A stretch of 64,000 nt of DNA from a virus. The position numbers and the translations under genes were made by a program. Shown one piece after another: positions 18,343 through 28,592 of the stretch; position 1 is the first letter of the stretch; each line of letters starts with the position of its first letter. Under the pieces are notes generated by a model that had not been told where the DNA came from, searched no databases, and worked only from the letters and a program-made list of their open reading frames with translations. Where the stretch lies: positions 11,234 to 75,233 of the IMG/VR virus record IMGVR_UViG_3300047548_001136; one strand, given 5' to 3'.

Positions 18343-19129
18343 AAATAGGATTTCTAAAAACGTACTTTTCACCTGTTATTTCTTCTACTTTGTTCCTAAA
18401 TTGTTTAGTTGCATCAATGCATTCATCATATGCATTATAATAAACAGTACCTTGATTTAGTAAATCGTCGCTGTATTTTGTTGCTATTTTTGGTCTATGC
18501 TTCATAGTGTAAAATTTGAGAGGTAAGTTATCTCCAATTATATATGTTTTCTTTTTAAGCAAAGTTGCCCAATATGCTACATGATAGCTGCTCGTAAAAA
18601 TACATTTGTGATCTGCAATAGATTCAATTACTGTTTCAATATTGTTTGGTTTATTAAACATACGAGTATGATTGCGACTGAATTCAATTGGTCTTTTCCA
18701 ATGATCAACTACTAAGAATTTCTTTGTTGGTTTTTTATCTAAATTTTGTAAAATCGCAGGGTGTAATACACTTGGGCAAGGAACCCATGTTTGATTAGTT
18801 TCAATAAAATCTCTTGCTCCAAACAAATCAAATGTTGATTTAATTTCAGATTGCAATGTGTTTGTTAATCCTACGCCCCAAGAGATTGTGTGTTTTGATT
18901 TAATTTTTAACAATATGTTATCAACTAAATCGATAAATTTTTTAGTTGAAAAAATAGCACCACCACCAATAATAATTGTGTCAACTTCCATCTCCGGGAC
19001 ATTTTCATCATACACATCAATCATTATACCGTTTTTATCAGTAGTTAGATAATGCATTGCACAACTGTATAGATCTCCGGGGTTTTGAAAATCTCTTCTA
19101 AACAGATAAGCGTATTTTAACTTTGACAT
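18335..19129 (-). CDS. polysaccharide pyruvyl-transferase-like protein
   Basis: NPGD, IIIGGGAIF, WGVG, FGARD, VPCPS, SSYH motifs. Confidence 0.65.
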   Translation of the reverse strand: MSKLKYAYLFRRDFQNPGDLYSCAMHYLTTDKNGIMIDVYDENVPEMEVDTIIIGGGAIFSTKKFIDLVDNILLKIKSKHTISWGVGLTNTLQSEIKSTFDLFGARDFIETNQTWVPCPSVLHPAILQNLDKKPTKKFLVVDHWKRPIEFSRNHTRMFNKPNNIETVIESIADHKCIFTSSYHVAYWATLLKKKTYIIGDNLPLKFYTMKHRPKIATKYSDDLLNQGTVYYNAYDECIDATKQFRNKVEEITGEKYVFRNPIFN

Positions 19130-19986
19130 AGTTGTTCTCTTAACATAAGCCAAACTTGTGACAGTTCTTCTTCTAACCATTCTTTATGACATAATTCAAT
19201 TAACCATTGATCTCTATCCGGCATTAATAAGTTTTCTATCAAAGAAATTTCTTTATTAGATACATCGTAAGCTAAACTTTCTTGGCTAACAATTGCTGGA
19301 GTTCCTTCAATAATAGAACTTAAACCGCTGTTGCTACTATGACTTATTGTACAGTGGCAGTGAGCGAGCAATGGTTCCAAATCAAAACTATCATATGTTT
19401 GTTGTATGTGTTTAGGTACGTTCCATTCTACTTGATAATTTTTATAAAAATCAGTGTCGATGTTAAAAAATATGTTCTCTCTGTAACGCGGATGGCTACG
19501 TATTACAATTGGTCTTTGCGTGTATTTTCTTATTTCTAACACAGTTCTTTTATAGTATTCATTCATTGGTGGCATATTGCGCCACTGTTCACTTTTTCCA
19601 TGCTGCCCGCATATTAAAACATATTCGCCATTGTGCCAAGGTTTAAGGTTTATATTCAACTTTTTTGGGCGATCATTATCAAATTTTTTTATTGCAGGAA
19701 AGATTGCACTGCGAGTAATCCCATTTACAGATAATCGCCATGTTTGATTTCGTATTAGCCCGCCCACTTCTATAACTATTACGGGTTTATTTTTTCCTCT
19801 ATAATGATTCCAAACATTGTGATTGCGGCTCATCTTACCGTTCCACAAAACACTCCATATTAATGCGGCATCTGCATCATACGTGCCTTCAACAATTTGA
19901 TCAGTTTTGCTCATATAAGATGTTAAATCTTGATACAAGTTAATACCATTGCCGGGAACTTGACTAGGCCAAACACTAATTTTCAT
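19117..19986 (-). CDS. putative glycosyltransferase (capsule-synthesis KpsS/KpsC-like)
   Basis: LKPW..GEYVLICGQ, RPIVIRSHP, HSSNSGLSSIIEG.PAIV. Confidence 0.6.
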   Translation of the reverse strand: MKISVWPSQVPGNGINLYQDLTSYMSKTDQIVEGTYDADAALIWSVLWNGKMSRNHNVWNHYRGKNKPVIVIEVGGLIRNQTWRLSVNGITRSAIFPAIKKFDNDRPKKLNINLKPWHNGEYVLICGQHGKSEQWRNMPPMNEYYKRTVLEIRKYTQRPIVIRSHPRYRENIFFNIDTDFYKNYQVEWNVPKHIQQTYDSFDLEPLLAHCHCTISHSSNSGLSSIIEGTPAIVSQESLAYDVSNKEISLIENLLMPDRDQWLIELCHKEWLEEELSQVWLMLREQLCQS

Positions 19987-19998
19987 ATATATAATTAT

Positions 19999-20772
19999 AT
20001 GAATTATTATTATCCAGAAATTGGCAGTCAAAGCAAGGCAACTTGGGTGCTCGATTCCTTAGTATCTGCAGATACTAACGCGACTATTATTCGAGATAAT
20101 ACAGTAAACAATGGACCTGGTGTATTTTGGGGGTTAGTTAAAAATAATTACAATTTAATTAAAGAACATCAAGCAAAAAACGTTCCCTATTACTTTACAG
20201 ATATGCCTTATTGGGGAAGATGGATGGGCAATAATAGAAGCGAGTGCTATTGGAGAGTTATCCCAAATAATCTGCACTGTAGTTGGGTTGAAGATTATCC
20301 TTCAGATAGATTTAACAAATTAAATGTTAATGTAAAAGAATGGCGTACAAAAGGTGATCATATTTTAGTTTGTCCAAGTAGTGTTACAATGTCTAGATTT
20401 TATAATAGATCAAACTGGTTAAATGAAACACTTGTTGAGCTAAGAAAGTATACAGATCGTCCAATTAAAATTAGAAATAAACCACGCGATAATAAAACAA
20501 GTGGACCAAGAGCAGCAACTATTCCTTTTGAGGATGATGTTAAAGATGCTTGGGCAGTAGTTACTTTAGCGAGTATTGCAGGTGTAGAAGCAGCATGTTT
20601 AGGTATCCCTGTTTTTGCGGATGTAAATAGCCCTTGCAGTCAATTAGGAAATTTGGATTTATCATTGATTGAAAACCCAAAATTAGTTGATAGAAAAAAA
20701 TGGTTAAATACGTTATCTTATTATCAATATACCGAAGAAGAACTTAAAAAAGGTATGGGTGTATTTAAATGA
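19999..20772 (+). CDS. putative glycosyltransferase (paralog family)
   Basis: KEWRTKGDHILVCPSS, RPIKIRNKP, SIAGVEAACLGIPVF. Confidence 0.6.
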   Translation: MNYYYPEIGSQSKATWVLDSLVSADTNATIIRDNTVNNGPGVFWGLVKNNYNLIKEHQAKNVPYYFTDMPYWGRWMGNNRSECYWRVIPNNLHCSWVEDYPSDRFNKLNVNVKEWRTKGDHILVCPSSVTMSRFYNRSNWLNETLVELRKYTDRPIKIRNKPRDNKTSGPRAATIPFEDDVKDAWAVVTLASIAGVEAACLGIPVFADVNSPCSQLGNLDLSLIENPKLVDRKKWLNTLSYYQYTEEELKKGMGVFK

Positions 20773-21626
20773 TTTTGTTTTATTTGAATAATCAAAGTAA
20801 ACATTATTCTAGAATTGTACGAAACTTGTATAGAAGTTATACAGGTGAAAAGCAAATACAATCAACTCAAAGATTTGCAATAAACAGAGAGTTGAATGAT
20901 CGTGCTGATATAATTGTATTCGCAGGCATGTTAAGGGGTGACGGGTTAATATATCAATATTGTAAGGAAAACAATAAGAACTTTATCTATATTGATCATG
21001 CTTATATAGATAGAGGTTATAATGCAGGAAATTCTAACGGAGAGTGGATGAGATTAACTTACAACGCATTTACTTGGTCTAAGAATTTGCCTGAAAGCAA
21101 TGATCGTTGGCAAACGTACTTTGGTAGAAAGTATCAATTAAAACCGTGGAATAGTCACGGCGGTAATAAAATTTTAGTTTTACCACCTAGTGAAGCAACA
21201 AAGTTTTTATTTCCTGAAAGCGTAGAATGGACTGAAAAAGCTATCGAGGAAATTAAAAAGTATACATCAGATAAAATACACATACGAGAAAAACCAGATC
21301 AACCGGTTTCAGATCCTATAACTAATCAAGTGATAGATAGAAAAAAATTTATTCATGAGAAAACAATAGAGCAGGATATGATGGAAGCAAAGTTAATTGT
21401 AACTTTTAACAGTGCTGTCCCTGTGCTTGGAACAATACAAGGTATACCATGCTATTGTTCCTCACATGCAGCCGCATATCCAATGAATATCGATCTAAGT
21501 AATATTCATAAACCTCCAGAACCAAAACGTCAAGAATGGTTAAATCAGTTAGTGTATCATCAATACAATACTGCTGAAATGAAAAATGGAGAATTTTGGA
21601 AACTAATTCAAAAGTATTATGTATAA
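20769..21626 (+). CDS. putative glycosyltransferase (paralog family)
   Basis: LKPW...KILVLPPS, KIHIREKP, FNSAV...GIPCY, WLNQLVYHQY. Confidence 0.6.
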   Translation: MILFYLNNQSKHYSRIVRNLYRSYTGEKQIQSTQRFAINRELNDRADIIVFAGMLRGDGLIYQYCKENNKNFIYIDHAYIDRGYNAGNSNGEWMRLTYNAFTWSKNLPESNDRWQTYFGRKYQLKPWNSHGGNKILVLPPSEATKFLFPESVEWTEKAIEEIKKYTSDKIHIREKPDQPVSDPITNQVIDRKKFIHEKTIEQDMMEAKLIVTFNSAVPVLGTIQGIPCYCSSHAAAYPMNIDLSNIHKPPEPKRQEWLNQLVYHQYNTAEMKNGEFWKLIQKYYV

Positions 21627-22264
21627 AACTTTAGCAGGTAATCATGTTTGGATTTACCTAATAGCCTATACCCAAGCTTTTGTAAAAATTCTACAGCTTG
21701 TATGTTGCCGTTTTCGCATTCTACAATTAACCCAGGTTTACTCCTCATTAAAGTTTCAACTCCGCCTTTGAATGCAAGAAGCTCTGCACCTTGAATATCA
21801 ATTTTAATAAAAGTTGGGCTTAAGTTAAATGAATCAAGCGTTGCACAATCAACTATATGAGGAACAGTTAAACTTCCAACAGAAAACATTGTAGCTGATC
21901 CAGTGTTAGAGTTTGACGGAGTTGTATATAAAGTAATGTTACCTGGAGTATCGCTTAGCGCAGTATTATGAAGTTTAACATTAGTTAAATCTTGTGTGTT
22001 AGCAACTAAGCATTCGTAATTAGCAGGCATTGGTTCAAAACAATCAATTGTTTTAGCACCAATTTTATTAAACCAACGTGTCCATAAACCAACATTAGCG
22101 CCAATATCTAATACATGACTAAAGTCAAATAAATGAGAGTGGTTCAGTATGAATTTTTTTATGTTAATTTGATATTCAGGATTGATGCCAAGCATCATTA
22201 TAAAATGTTCTTCGCAGTCTGGAAAATTCCAAATTTGTCCGTCTGAGCTTTGATATTGTTTCAT
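21617..22264 (-). CDS. FkbM-family methyltransferase
   Basis: LDIGANVG, CFEP, TLDSF, FIKIDIQGAE. Confidence 0.9.
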   Translation of the reverse strand: MKQYQSSDGQIWNFPDCEEHFIMMLGINPEYQINIKKFILNHSHLFDFSHVLDIGANVGLWTRWFNKIGAKTIDCFEPMPANYECLVANTQDLTNVKLHNTALSDTPGNITLYTTPSNSNTGSATMFSVGSLTVPHIVDCATLDSFNLSPTFIKIDIQGAELLAFKGGVETLMRSKPGLIVECENGNIQAVEFLQKLGYRLLGKSKHDYLLKFYT

Positions 22265-23037
22265 TTCCACCAACCTATGCTATCACTTTTAATTAGTCGT
22301 TCAGTTTTTTTACTGCGACCAGTTTGTTTTCTTGGACCCTTCATGTGATCCATATATTCACCTAATACACAATTAATAAAAGGATGCCCAGCTACAAAAT
22401 TTGGTGTAATGTTTTGATTTACCATCCCCTTTGCTTCATATTCTTTTCGAGCTACGTCAAATACATAGCTATCATGCCATTCTGTTAAATTAAAGATAGT
22501 GTCTTTTCTATAGTAATCTACAAAAGTTTCCCAAAAATCTTTCATTAACGGATGATTTGTATGATACACTACCCAACCGCATTCACTATATTGTTTTATT
22601 CTTCCTAAGTAGGCAATGCCAAATTTGTTTGGGAAATTATCTAAAAGAAAACTTTCAGGAACTTTTCTATGTGTAATAGTATCAGCATCTACCCATACTA
22701 TGCTTTTTCCTAGATTAGTTTGCACTGCATCATATAACGAAAATACTTTATGACTAAATCTTACTGCATCAAACAGAAAATTTTTCTTATCATCTTTGTA
22801 TCCGTTAGCAACAGGATTATTTGCATGTCTTGTTTTAAAGTTTACTAAATCTTGATTTAGTAGCAAATCTTTTACAATGATGCGAGGATTAATAAGTGAA
22901 TTATCTAACTTACAGTTTTCAGTATAAACTATGATTTGTTGATTACTAGGCCAATATTTTAAAAATGCTTCAAGCATTTTTTTACCATAAAGATTGTAGC
23001 CATCTAAATTAAATGTAGTTACTAACAAATAAGACAT
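22261..23037 (-). CDS. GT-A fold nucleotide-diphospho-sugar transferase
   Basis: VRFSHKVF, WVDAD (DxD), WHDSYVFD, DHMKG. Confidence 0.75.
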   Translation of the reverse strand: MSYLLVTTFNLDGYNLYGKKMLEAFLKYWPSNQQIIVYTENCKLDNSLINPRIIVKDLLLNQDLVNFKTRHANNPVANGYKDDKKNFLFDAVRFSHKVFSLYDAVQTNLGKSIVWVDADTITHRKVPESFLLDNFPNKFGIAYLGRIKQYSECGWVVYHTNHPLMKDFWETFVDYYRKDTIFNLTEWHDSYVFDVARKEYEAKGMVNQNITPNFVAGHPFINCVLGEYMDHMKGPRKQTGRSKKTERLIKSDSIGWWK

Positions 23038-23726
23038 TACCAACTCTTTATAAAATCTGCTCTTTCGTCATACCATTCTTGACTATATTCACAATTTTCA
23101 TAACCTGGCATAAATGGCATGCCAAGCGTATAATGTATTAAACTTGGTTTGCCATGTTGTTCTTCATTATAGTGTCCTACTAGGTAATTCCACTCAATTG
23201 GTAAACTTCCAATTTCTTCGTCGTCGAGCCATTGGAAACGATGCAGGTAACTCATCTCCTGCTTGTTCATAAATTCAGGATATAGGAAATCTTTATTTTT
23301 ACGATGACCACAATTGAATAGCATACAGCTACTCCAGTTTTTGCGTGGATAAGCATGTTGCACTTGCCCATCCATTTTTGCTACGCCATCTTGCACATTG
23401 TATTCGTGCTTAACAACTTGCACAGCATAACGTTCATCTGCTAGATCAAATAGCTTGTTTACGTCTTGACGTGCTAAGAAATCACAGTCAATGAATACTG
23501 CCCAACCTTCGTAACCATTTAAGTATGGAACTAAGAAACGAGTAAAAGTAAACTGAGTGCTAGCTTTTGGATCATCCAGTCGAGTTACTAATCCTTTAGA
23601 TTTTAGTTCATCTAACTTAAGTGGTAATACTTCGATGTCGTTGCTTAAACGATGAATGCTATGCTTACATACTTGATAAGCAATATCCTCTCTAGGATCC
23701 CATCCAATATAAACTCGTCTTTTCAT
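23037..23726 (-). CDS. glycosyltransferase (GT8-like)
   Basis: IGWDPRE, STQFTFTRF, FIDCDF, YPRKNWSS, WNYLVG, HYTLG.P. Confidence 0.85.
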   Translation of the reverse strand: MKRRVYIGWDPREDIAYQVCKHSIHRLSNDIEVLPLKLDELKSKGLVTRLDDPKASTQFTFTRFLVPYLNGYEGWAVFIDCDFLARQDVNKLFDLADERYAVQVVKHEYNVQDGVAKMDGQVQHAYPRKNWSSCMLFNCGHRKNKDFLYPEFMNKQEMSYLHRFQWLDDEEIGSLPIEWNYLVGHYNEEQHGKPSLIHYTLGMPFMPGYENCEYSQEWYDERADFIKSW

Positions 23727-23787
23727 TATTAAATTCCCCAAACAATTAAAATATAGTATTATTTATAGTACTTTTAAGGAACGAACT

Positions 23788-24954
23788 ATGAATTATTCGC
23801 TTGCATCCAATACGTGGGATGAACAAGAAGTAGAAGCAATTAAAAGTGTAATTGCGTCTGAACGATACACTATGGGACCTCACGTAAAGAAATTTGAAGA
23901 GCAATTTGCTGAGGTAATGGGTGCAAAACATGCAGTAATGGTAAACTCTGGGTCAAGTGCAAATTTACTAGGTATTGCAGCACTTGTACTAGATCCACAA
24001 AATAATATACAGCCAGGTGATGAAGTAATTGTTCCAGCAGTTAGTTGGAGCACAACATATTTCCCAGTTACACAGTACGGGTTAAAGCTGATGTTTGTGG
24101 ACATTGATAAAGAAACACTTAATATCAATGTTGATGAAATTGAGCAAGCAATTACTCCACGCACTAAAGCTATATTTGCAGTGAATTTGCTGGGTAATAG
24201 TTGCGAGTATGACAAGCTAATAGACATTTGTAACAAGCATAATCTGTTATTGCTCGAAGATAATTGCGGTGCACTAGGTGCAAGCTATAATGGTAAGATG
24301 CTAGGCACTATTGGTAAAGTTGGGACATTTAGTTTCTTCTTTAGCCATCATATCCAAACAATGGAAGGCGGCATGATCTTAACTAACGATCAGCGCACAG
24401 AGCAATACTTGCGTAGCTTAAGAGCACACGGTTGGATTAGAGATTTACCAGACGATAATTGCATTTACAACAAAACAGGAAACCTATTTGAAGATGCGTT
24501 TAAGTTTGTGTTGCCAGGATACAATGTTCGTCCACTTGAAATGAGCGGTGCAATTGGGTGTGTGCAGCTAACAAAGATGAACAAGATGATTGAGACACGT
24601 AGAAAAAATTATACATACTTGAGTAGACTTTTCCTATCAAACCCAAATGTAATGCTACAAAAAGAAGTTGGTAATGCAAGTTGGTTTGGTTTTAGTTTGT
24701 TACTACAAAACAAACTTGAAGGTCGTAGAAAAGAAGTAATTGCTAAGTTACAAGAAGCGGGCATTGAATCAAGACCAATCTCAGGTGGAAACTTTATTAA
24801 CAATCCTGTTGCAAAGTATTTGAACTACGAAGTGCGTAGCAAGTTAACAAATGCAAATTATGTAGATGATAACGGATTTTTTGTTGGTAATGATTGCAGA
24901 GATTTAAAAGACAATTTAGTTCTGCTACAAACAGCTATTGAAGGCGTAAAATGA
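23788..24954 (+). CDS. colD: PLP-dependent GDP-4-keto-6-deoxymannose 3-dehydratase (ColD-type, DegT/DnrJ family)
   Basis: NSGSSANL, EDNC, SFFFSHHIQTMEGG with His in place of the PLP lysine, RAHGW, GYNVRP. Confidence 0.8.
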   Translation: MNYSLASNTWDEQEVEAIKSVIASERYTMGPHVKKFEEQFAEVMGAKHAVMVNSGSSANLLGIAALVLDPQNNIQPGDEVIVPAVSWSTTYFPVTQYGLKLMFVDIDKETLNINVDEIEQAITPRTKAIFAVNLLGNSCEYDKLIDICNKHNLLLLEDNCGALGASYNGKMLGTIGKVGTFSFFFSHHIQTMEGGMILTNDQRTEQYLRSLRAHGWIRDLPDDNCIYNKTGNLFEDAFKFVLPGYNVRPLEMSGAIGCVQLTKMNKMIETRRKNYTYLSRLFLSNPNVMLQKEVGNASWFGFSLLLQNKLEGRRKEVIAKLQEAGIESRPISGGNFINNPVAKYLNYEVRSKLTNANYVDDNGFFVGNDCRDLKDNLVLLQTAIEGVK

Positions 24955-25928
24955 AAGCAGCATTAATAACAGGATTTGCAGGTCAAGACGCATGTTATCT
25001 TGCTGACATGTTGTTAGCTAAAGGTTACAAAGTATATGGCACTGTAAATGCTGCTGTTGATATGGACAATGTGCATTACCTTGATCTGTTTAATAAAGGA
25101 CTTGCAATTATCCAATGTGATATAACTGATTTATCGAGTGTTATTAACGCTGTTACAGAAACTAACCCAAACGAGTTTTACAACCTTGCAGCACAAAGTT
25201 CACCTGCACAATCTTGGAAATCAAAACATATTACCGCACTTACGAATGGTATTGGAACGTTAAACTGCCTAGAAGCCATTAAGCTGGTTGATCCAACTAT
25301 ACGATTTTTTCAAGCAGCAACGGCTGAGATATTTGGTGATTCACACGTTAACGGATATCAAACAGAAACAACCCCGTGTATTCCGCGTAATCCTTACGGA
25401 ACATCAAAGTTGTTTGCTTACAATACAGTAAGCAACTATAGAGATTATCATAAGATGTTTGCCTGCAATGGCATTTTGTATAATCACGAATCTCCGTTAC
25501 GTGGTGAAAACTTTGTAACACGCAAAATTACACTTGGTGTAGCAAAGATTGTTTTAGGTAAACAAAAGAAGATTACACTTGGTGATCTAAATGCAGAGCG
25601 TGATTGGGGGTTTGCAGGTGATTATGTTGAAGCAATGTGGCTAATGCTCCAAGCAAAGACACCAAATGATTACATTATTGCAACAGGTATAAAGCATACA
25701 ATTGCTGATCTATGCAGGGAAGCGTTTAAAGTTGTAGGTATACTTGATTGGGAAAAGTATGTTGAAACTGATCCGCAGTTCCAACGTGGAGTAGAGGCAA
25801 GAACTAAAGCCGACCCTTCTAAGATATTAAATGACTTAAATTGGAAAGCTAATACTAGCTTTGAACGATTAATTGAAATTATGGTGATGGCTGATATAAA
25901 AAGGTTTTCGCTCAACGAGCGTAAATAA
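24951..25928 (+). CDS. gmd: GDP-mannose 4,6-dehydratase
   Basis: ALITGFAGQDA, YNLAAQS, YGTSK, NHESPLRG..FVTRKI, RDWG.A.DY. Confidence 0.9.
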   Translation: MKAALITGFAGQDACYLADMLLAKGYKVYGTVNAAVDMDNVHYLDLFNKGLAIIQCDITDLSSVINAVTETNPNEFYNLAAQSSPAQSWKSKHITALTNGIGTLNCLEAIKLVDPTIRFFQAATAEIFGDSHVNGYQTETTPCIPRNPYGTSKLFAYNTVSNYRDYHKMFACNGILYNHESPLRGENFVTRKITLGVAKIVLGKQKKITLGDLNAERDWGFAGDYVEAMWLMLQAKTPNDYIIATGIKHTIADLCREAFKVVGILDWEKYVETDPQFQRGVEARTKADPSKILNDLNWKANTSFERLIEIMVMADIKRFSLNERK

Positions 25929-25936
25929 TTTATTAA

Positions 25937-26710
25937 ATGAAAGACCGTGCCATGATAATAGGTATTTGCACTGGGGGTTTTGATCCCATACACAGCGGAC
26001 ATATAAATTATCTAAAGGAAGCTTCAACACACTGCGATATGTTGATCGTTGGCGTAAACAGCGATCAATGGCTTGAGCGTAAAAAAGGTAAAGCGTTTAT
26101 GCCACTAGAAGAAAGAATTGCAGTTTTATCTGCATTGCGTGTAGTTGATAAAGTAATCGCATTTGATGATAGCGATGGCACAGCAAGAGAAGCAATACGT
26201 CAAGTTAAGTCTATGTATCCATCTGCTGTTATTAAATTTATGAATGGCGGGGATAGAAACTCTGGTAATGTTCCAGAGCAAAGTGAGGATGTTGAGTTTG
26301 TATTTGGTGTAGGCGGAGACAACAAAGCTAATTCAAGCAGTTGGATATTACAAGAGTGGAAGCATCCAAAAACAATTCGTCCATGGGGTTATTACCGTGT
26401 GCTGCATACTGAAGGCAAGCATATTAAAGTGAAAGAGCTTGTTGTCGATCCAGGCAAAACTTTAAGCAGTCAACGACATTTTTATAGAGCTGAATATTGG
26501 ATCGTAAGTAAGGGCAAAGCTGCTGTTGGTATTGGTGAAGTTGAAAGCGTATTTCACCTAGAGGAGCAAGAAGATACTCACATACAAACTGGTCAATGGC
26601 ATAGACTGTTCAATGACTCTGATCAACCGCTGCACCTTGTAGAAATACAACATGGTCCATTGTGTGAAGAAGAAGATATTCAAAGGCGTGATTTAGGTGG
26701 ACCGCTATAA
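25937..26710 (+). CDS. cytidylyltransferase-like HIGH domain fused to mannose-6-phosphate isomerase-type cupin
   Basis: GGFDPIHSGH, VNSD.WL.RKKG, NGGDR; RPWGYY, SSQRH..RAEYW. Confidence 0.85.
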   Translation: MKDRAMIIGICTGGFDPIHSGHINYLKEASTHCDMLIVGVNSDQWLERKKGKAFMPLEERIAVLSALRVVDKVIAFDDSDGTAREAIRQVKSMYPSAVIKFMNGGDRNSGNVPEQSEDVEFVFGVGGDNKANSSSWILQEWKHPKTIRPWGYYRVLHTEGKHIKVKELVVDPGKTLSSQRHFYRAEYWIVSKGKAAVGIGEVESVFHLEEQEDTHIQTGQWHRLFNDSDQPLHLVEIQHGPLCEEEDIQRRDLGGPL

Positions 26711-27422
26711 TTTAATCGTTGTTCGCTGGGGAACACTTTACAGCGCAGAGCATGTTAATAATTTGTTTGAAGGCGCAAAGCGTTACACAAGCGTTCCTTT
26801 TAAATTCTACGTCTTTACGGATAATACTAAAGATTTACCACAAGATAAAGGGTGGCAATTTATTAAGCTTCCTGAGTACAATGCACCTGTAGATCGCGGG
26901 TGGTGGTACAAGATGGAAATCTTTAACGAGCAGCACAAATTAACTGGTAAAAATTTATACATTGATTTAGACGCAATAATCATTAAAGATCTTAAGATTT
27001 TTTGGGACCTTATTTTAACTGATGGACTATATATTTGCAGAGATTTCAACAGGCAGTTTTTGCCTAGTTATCAAGCTTGCAACAGTAGCGTGATGGGATG
27101 GAAAAACGGGGAATTTGATTACTTGTTTAGAAAGTTCATGCTCAACTCAAAAGCAAATATGGGAAAATATCGAGGAGATCAGGACTATATCCAAGCACAT
27201 GCTTTATCTAGGATATTCTGGCCAGATGATATAGCTATGAGTTGGAAATGGGAATGTTGGAGAAGAGGTAAAGTTGGGTCTGATAATTACAAGTCAGATA
27301 AGAAGCAAACCTTTATTAAGCAGGATACACGTATACTAGTTTTCCACGGGAAACCTAAACCTGAGGACTGCGAAGATCCCCGTATGGTACAACTGTGGAA
27401 AGGCACAATAAAGCACAAGTAG
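26697..27422 (+). CDS. glycosyltransferase (GT-A)
   Basis: VRWGTLYS, GWWYK, YIDLD, NSSVM, GDQDYI, VFHGKPKP. Confidence 0.8.
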   Translation: MDRYNLIVVRWGTLYSAEHVNNLFEGAKRYTSVPFKFYVFTDNTKDLPQDKGWQFIKLPEYNAPVDRGWWYKMEIFNEQHKLTGKNLYIDLDAIIIKDLKIFWDLILTDGLYICRDFNRQFLPSYQACNSSVMGWKNGEFDYLFRKFMLNSKANMGKYRGDQDYIQAHALSRIFWPDDIAMSWKWECWRRGKVGSDNYKSDKKQTFIKQDTRILVFHGKPKPEDCEDPRMVQLWKGTIKHK

Positions 27423-27463
27423 ATTCTCTAGCTGTTTTCCTTTAAATAATTTGGGGAGCAGAA

Positions 27464-27892
27464 ATGGATGCTAGGGCTAAACTTCGCAAATTAGTTAACA
27501 GCGCAGATAATCCAACGTTGGTTTTTTGTCCAACTCCGCTACAAATATCCCGTGCTTACAATATACTGAACGAATGCTTGTTTGATGGCAAGCTCAGGAA
27601 ACCCTACATTATAACCAAACCAATGCGTGATGCATGGGGCTTGTGTGAAGGGGATATTTTCACAGGTGTTGATCGTTGGTACAATGATCCAGTGTGTCAT
27701 CGTATTGTGATCAATGACCAATTTCCAAACCGTAAATTCTTTTTAGAAGTACTCGCTCACGAAATGATACACCAGTACCAGTGCGAGCTGCAAAACAGGA
27801 TGGACCACGGTCAAACATTTTGGGTATGGAAAAGCAAGCTAGAAAAGTACAATTTGAGGTTGTTTAAAAGCAAGGCAGAAAACCTCACATAA
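27464..27892 (+). CDS. SprT-like metalloprotease
   Basis: LN..LFDGKL, LAHEMIHQ, HGQTF..WK. Confidence 0.8.
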   Translation: MDARAKLRKLVNSADNPTLVFCPTPLQISRAYNILNECLFDGKLRKPYIITKPMRDAWGLCEGDIFTGVDRWYNDPVCHRIVINDQFPNRKFFLEVLAHEMIHQYQCELQNRMDHGQTFWVWKSKLEKYNLRLFKSKAENLT

Positions 27893-27904
27893 AGGCATCT
27901 TTTT

Positions 27905-27934
27905 GGTTGACATTTTGGCTACAGGCTTTAAGTT
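27905..27934 (+). promoter_or_regulatory. sigma70-like early promoter
   Basis: GGTTGACA-N16-TAAGTT. Confidence 0.55.
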
Positions 27935-27962
27935 CTGCATATTGGACAACAGGAGCAAGCGC

Positions 27963-28187
27963 ATGTACAAGCTAGACACATTTGTTAACACTAACGCTCC
28001 TACGCACTTTTTCCCCATTCCTAAGGCCTCTAACGTTGATCTTGACGCACTTGAGCCTCGCTTTTCTAAGCGAGTAAAGTACGATAAAGTTGTAGACGAC
28101 GCCTATCCCGTTATTGTGTACGAGCTTAATAGCAAGCCCGTTGCATGGTACGATATTGAGCTCTTACGGGGCTTTATTGCCCCGTAA
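27963..28187 (+). CDS. early hypothetical protein
   Basis: AGGAG RBS before ATG 27963. Confidence 0.7.
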   Translation: MYKLDTFVNTNAPTHFFPIPKASNVDLDALEPRFSKRVKYDKVVDDAYPVIVYELNSKPVAWYDIELLRGFIAP

Positions 28188-28266
28188 GTGCTTGTTTTTG
28201 TTATAGAATCTTTTTTGCGTTTTTTCGTGTTTTTTTGGTTGACGTGTCCAAAATAGGCTATATATT
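28185..28266 (+). promoter_or_regulatory. early promoter with TAAGTGCTTG box and T-tract upstream region
   Basis: TAAGTGCTTG..GAATCTTTTTTGC..TTTTGGTTGACG-N16-TATATT; near-copy at 62686-62766. Confidence 0.7.
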
Positions 28267-28297
28267 AAGGACATAACAGCAAAGCAAGGAGTTGCAA

Positions 28298-28585
28298 ATG
28301 GCTTACGTAGTTTATGAAGTTGAGTCCACTCGTATTGCTACCCCCAAGCCGTACGGTAAGGAATACTATGCCACGGAAGGCGCTGCTAAGGCTGCTAAGA
28401 CCCGGATGGAAAAGGGTAAGCGTTGGGCGGGTAAGGAACTCGCTGTTGCTGAGGCTGATATGTACCGTACGCTTATTGCTAAAATGGTTAAGAAAGTTAA
28501 CCTGATGTCGGGCCAGGAATATTGGGAAAGCGTTAACACGCCCAACTATTGCAGCCCCGCTAGCGAAGCTTACTGGAGCATGTAA
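28298..28585 (+). CDS. early hypothetical protein
   Basis: AAGGAG RBS; ends VNLMSG...NTPNYCSPASEAYWSM. Confidence 0.8.
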   Translation: MAYVVYEVESTRIATPKPYGKEYYATEGAAKAAKTRMEKGKRWAGKELAVAEADMYRTLIAKMVKKVNLMSGQEYWESVNTPNYCSPASEAYWSM

Positions 28586-28592
28586 AAATTAG

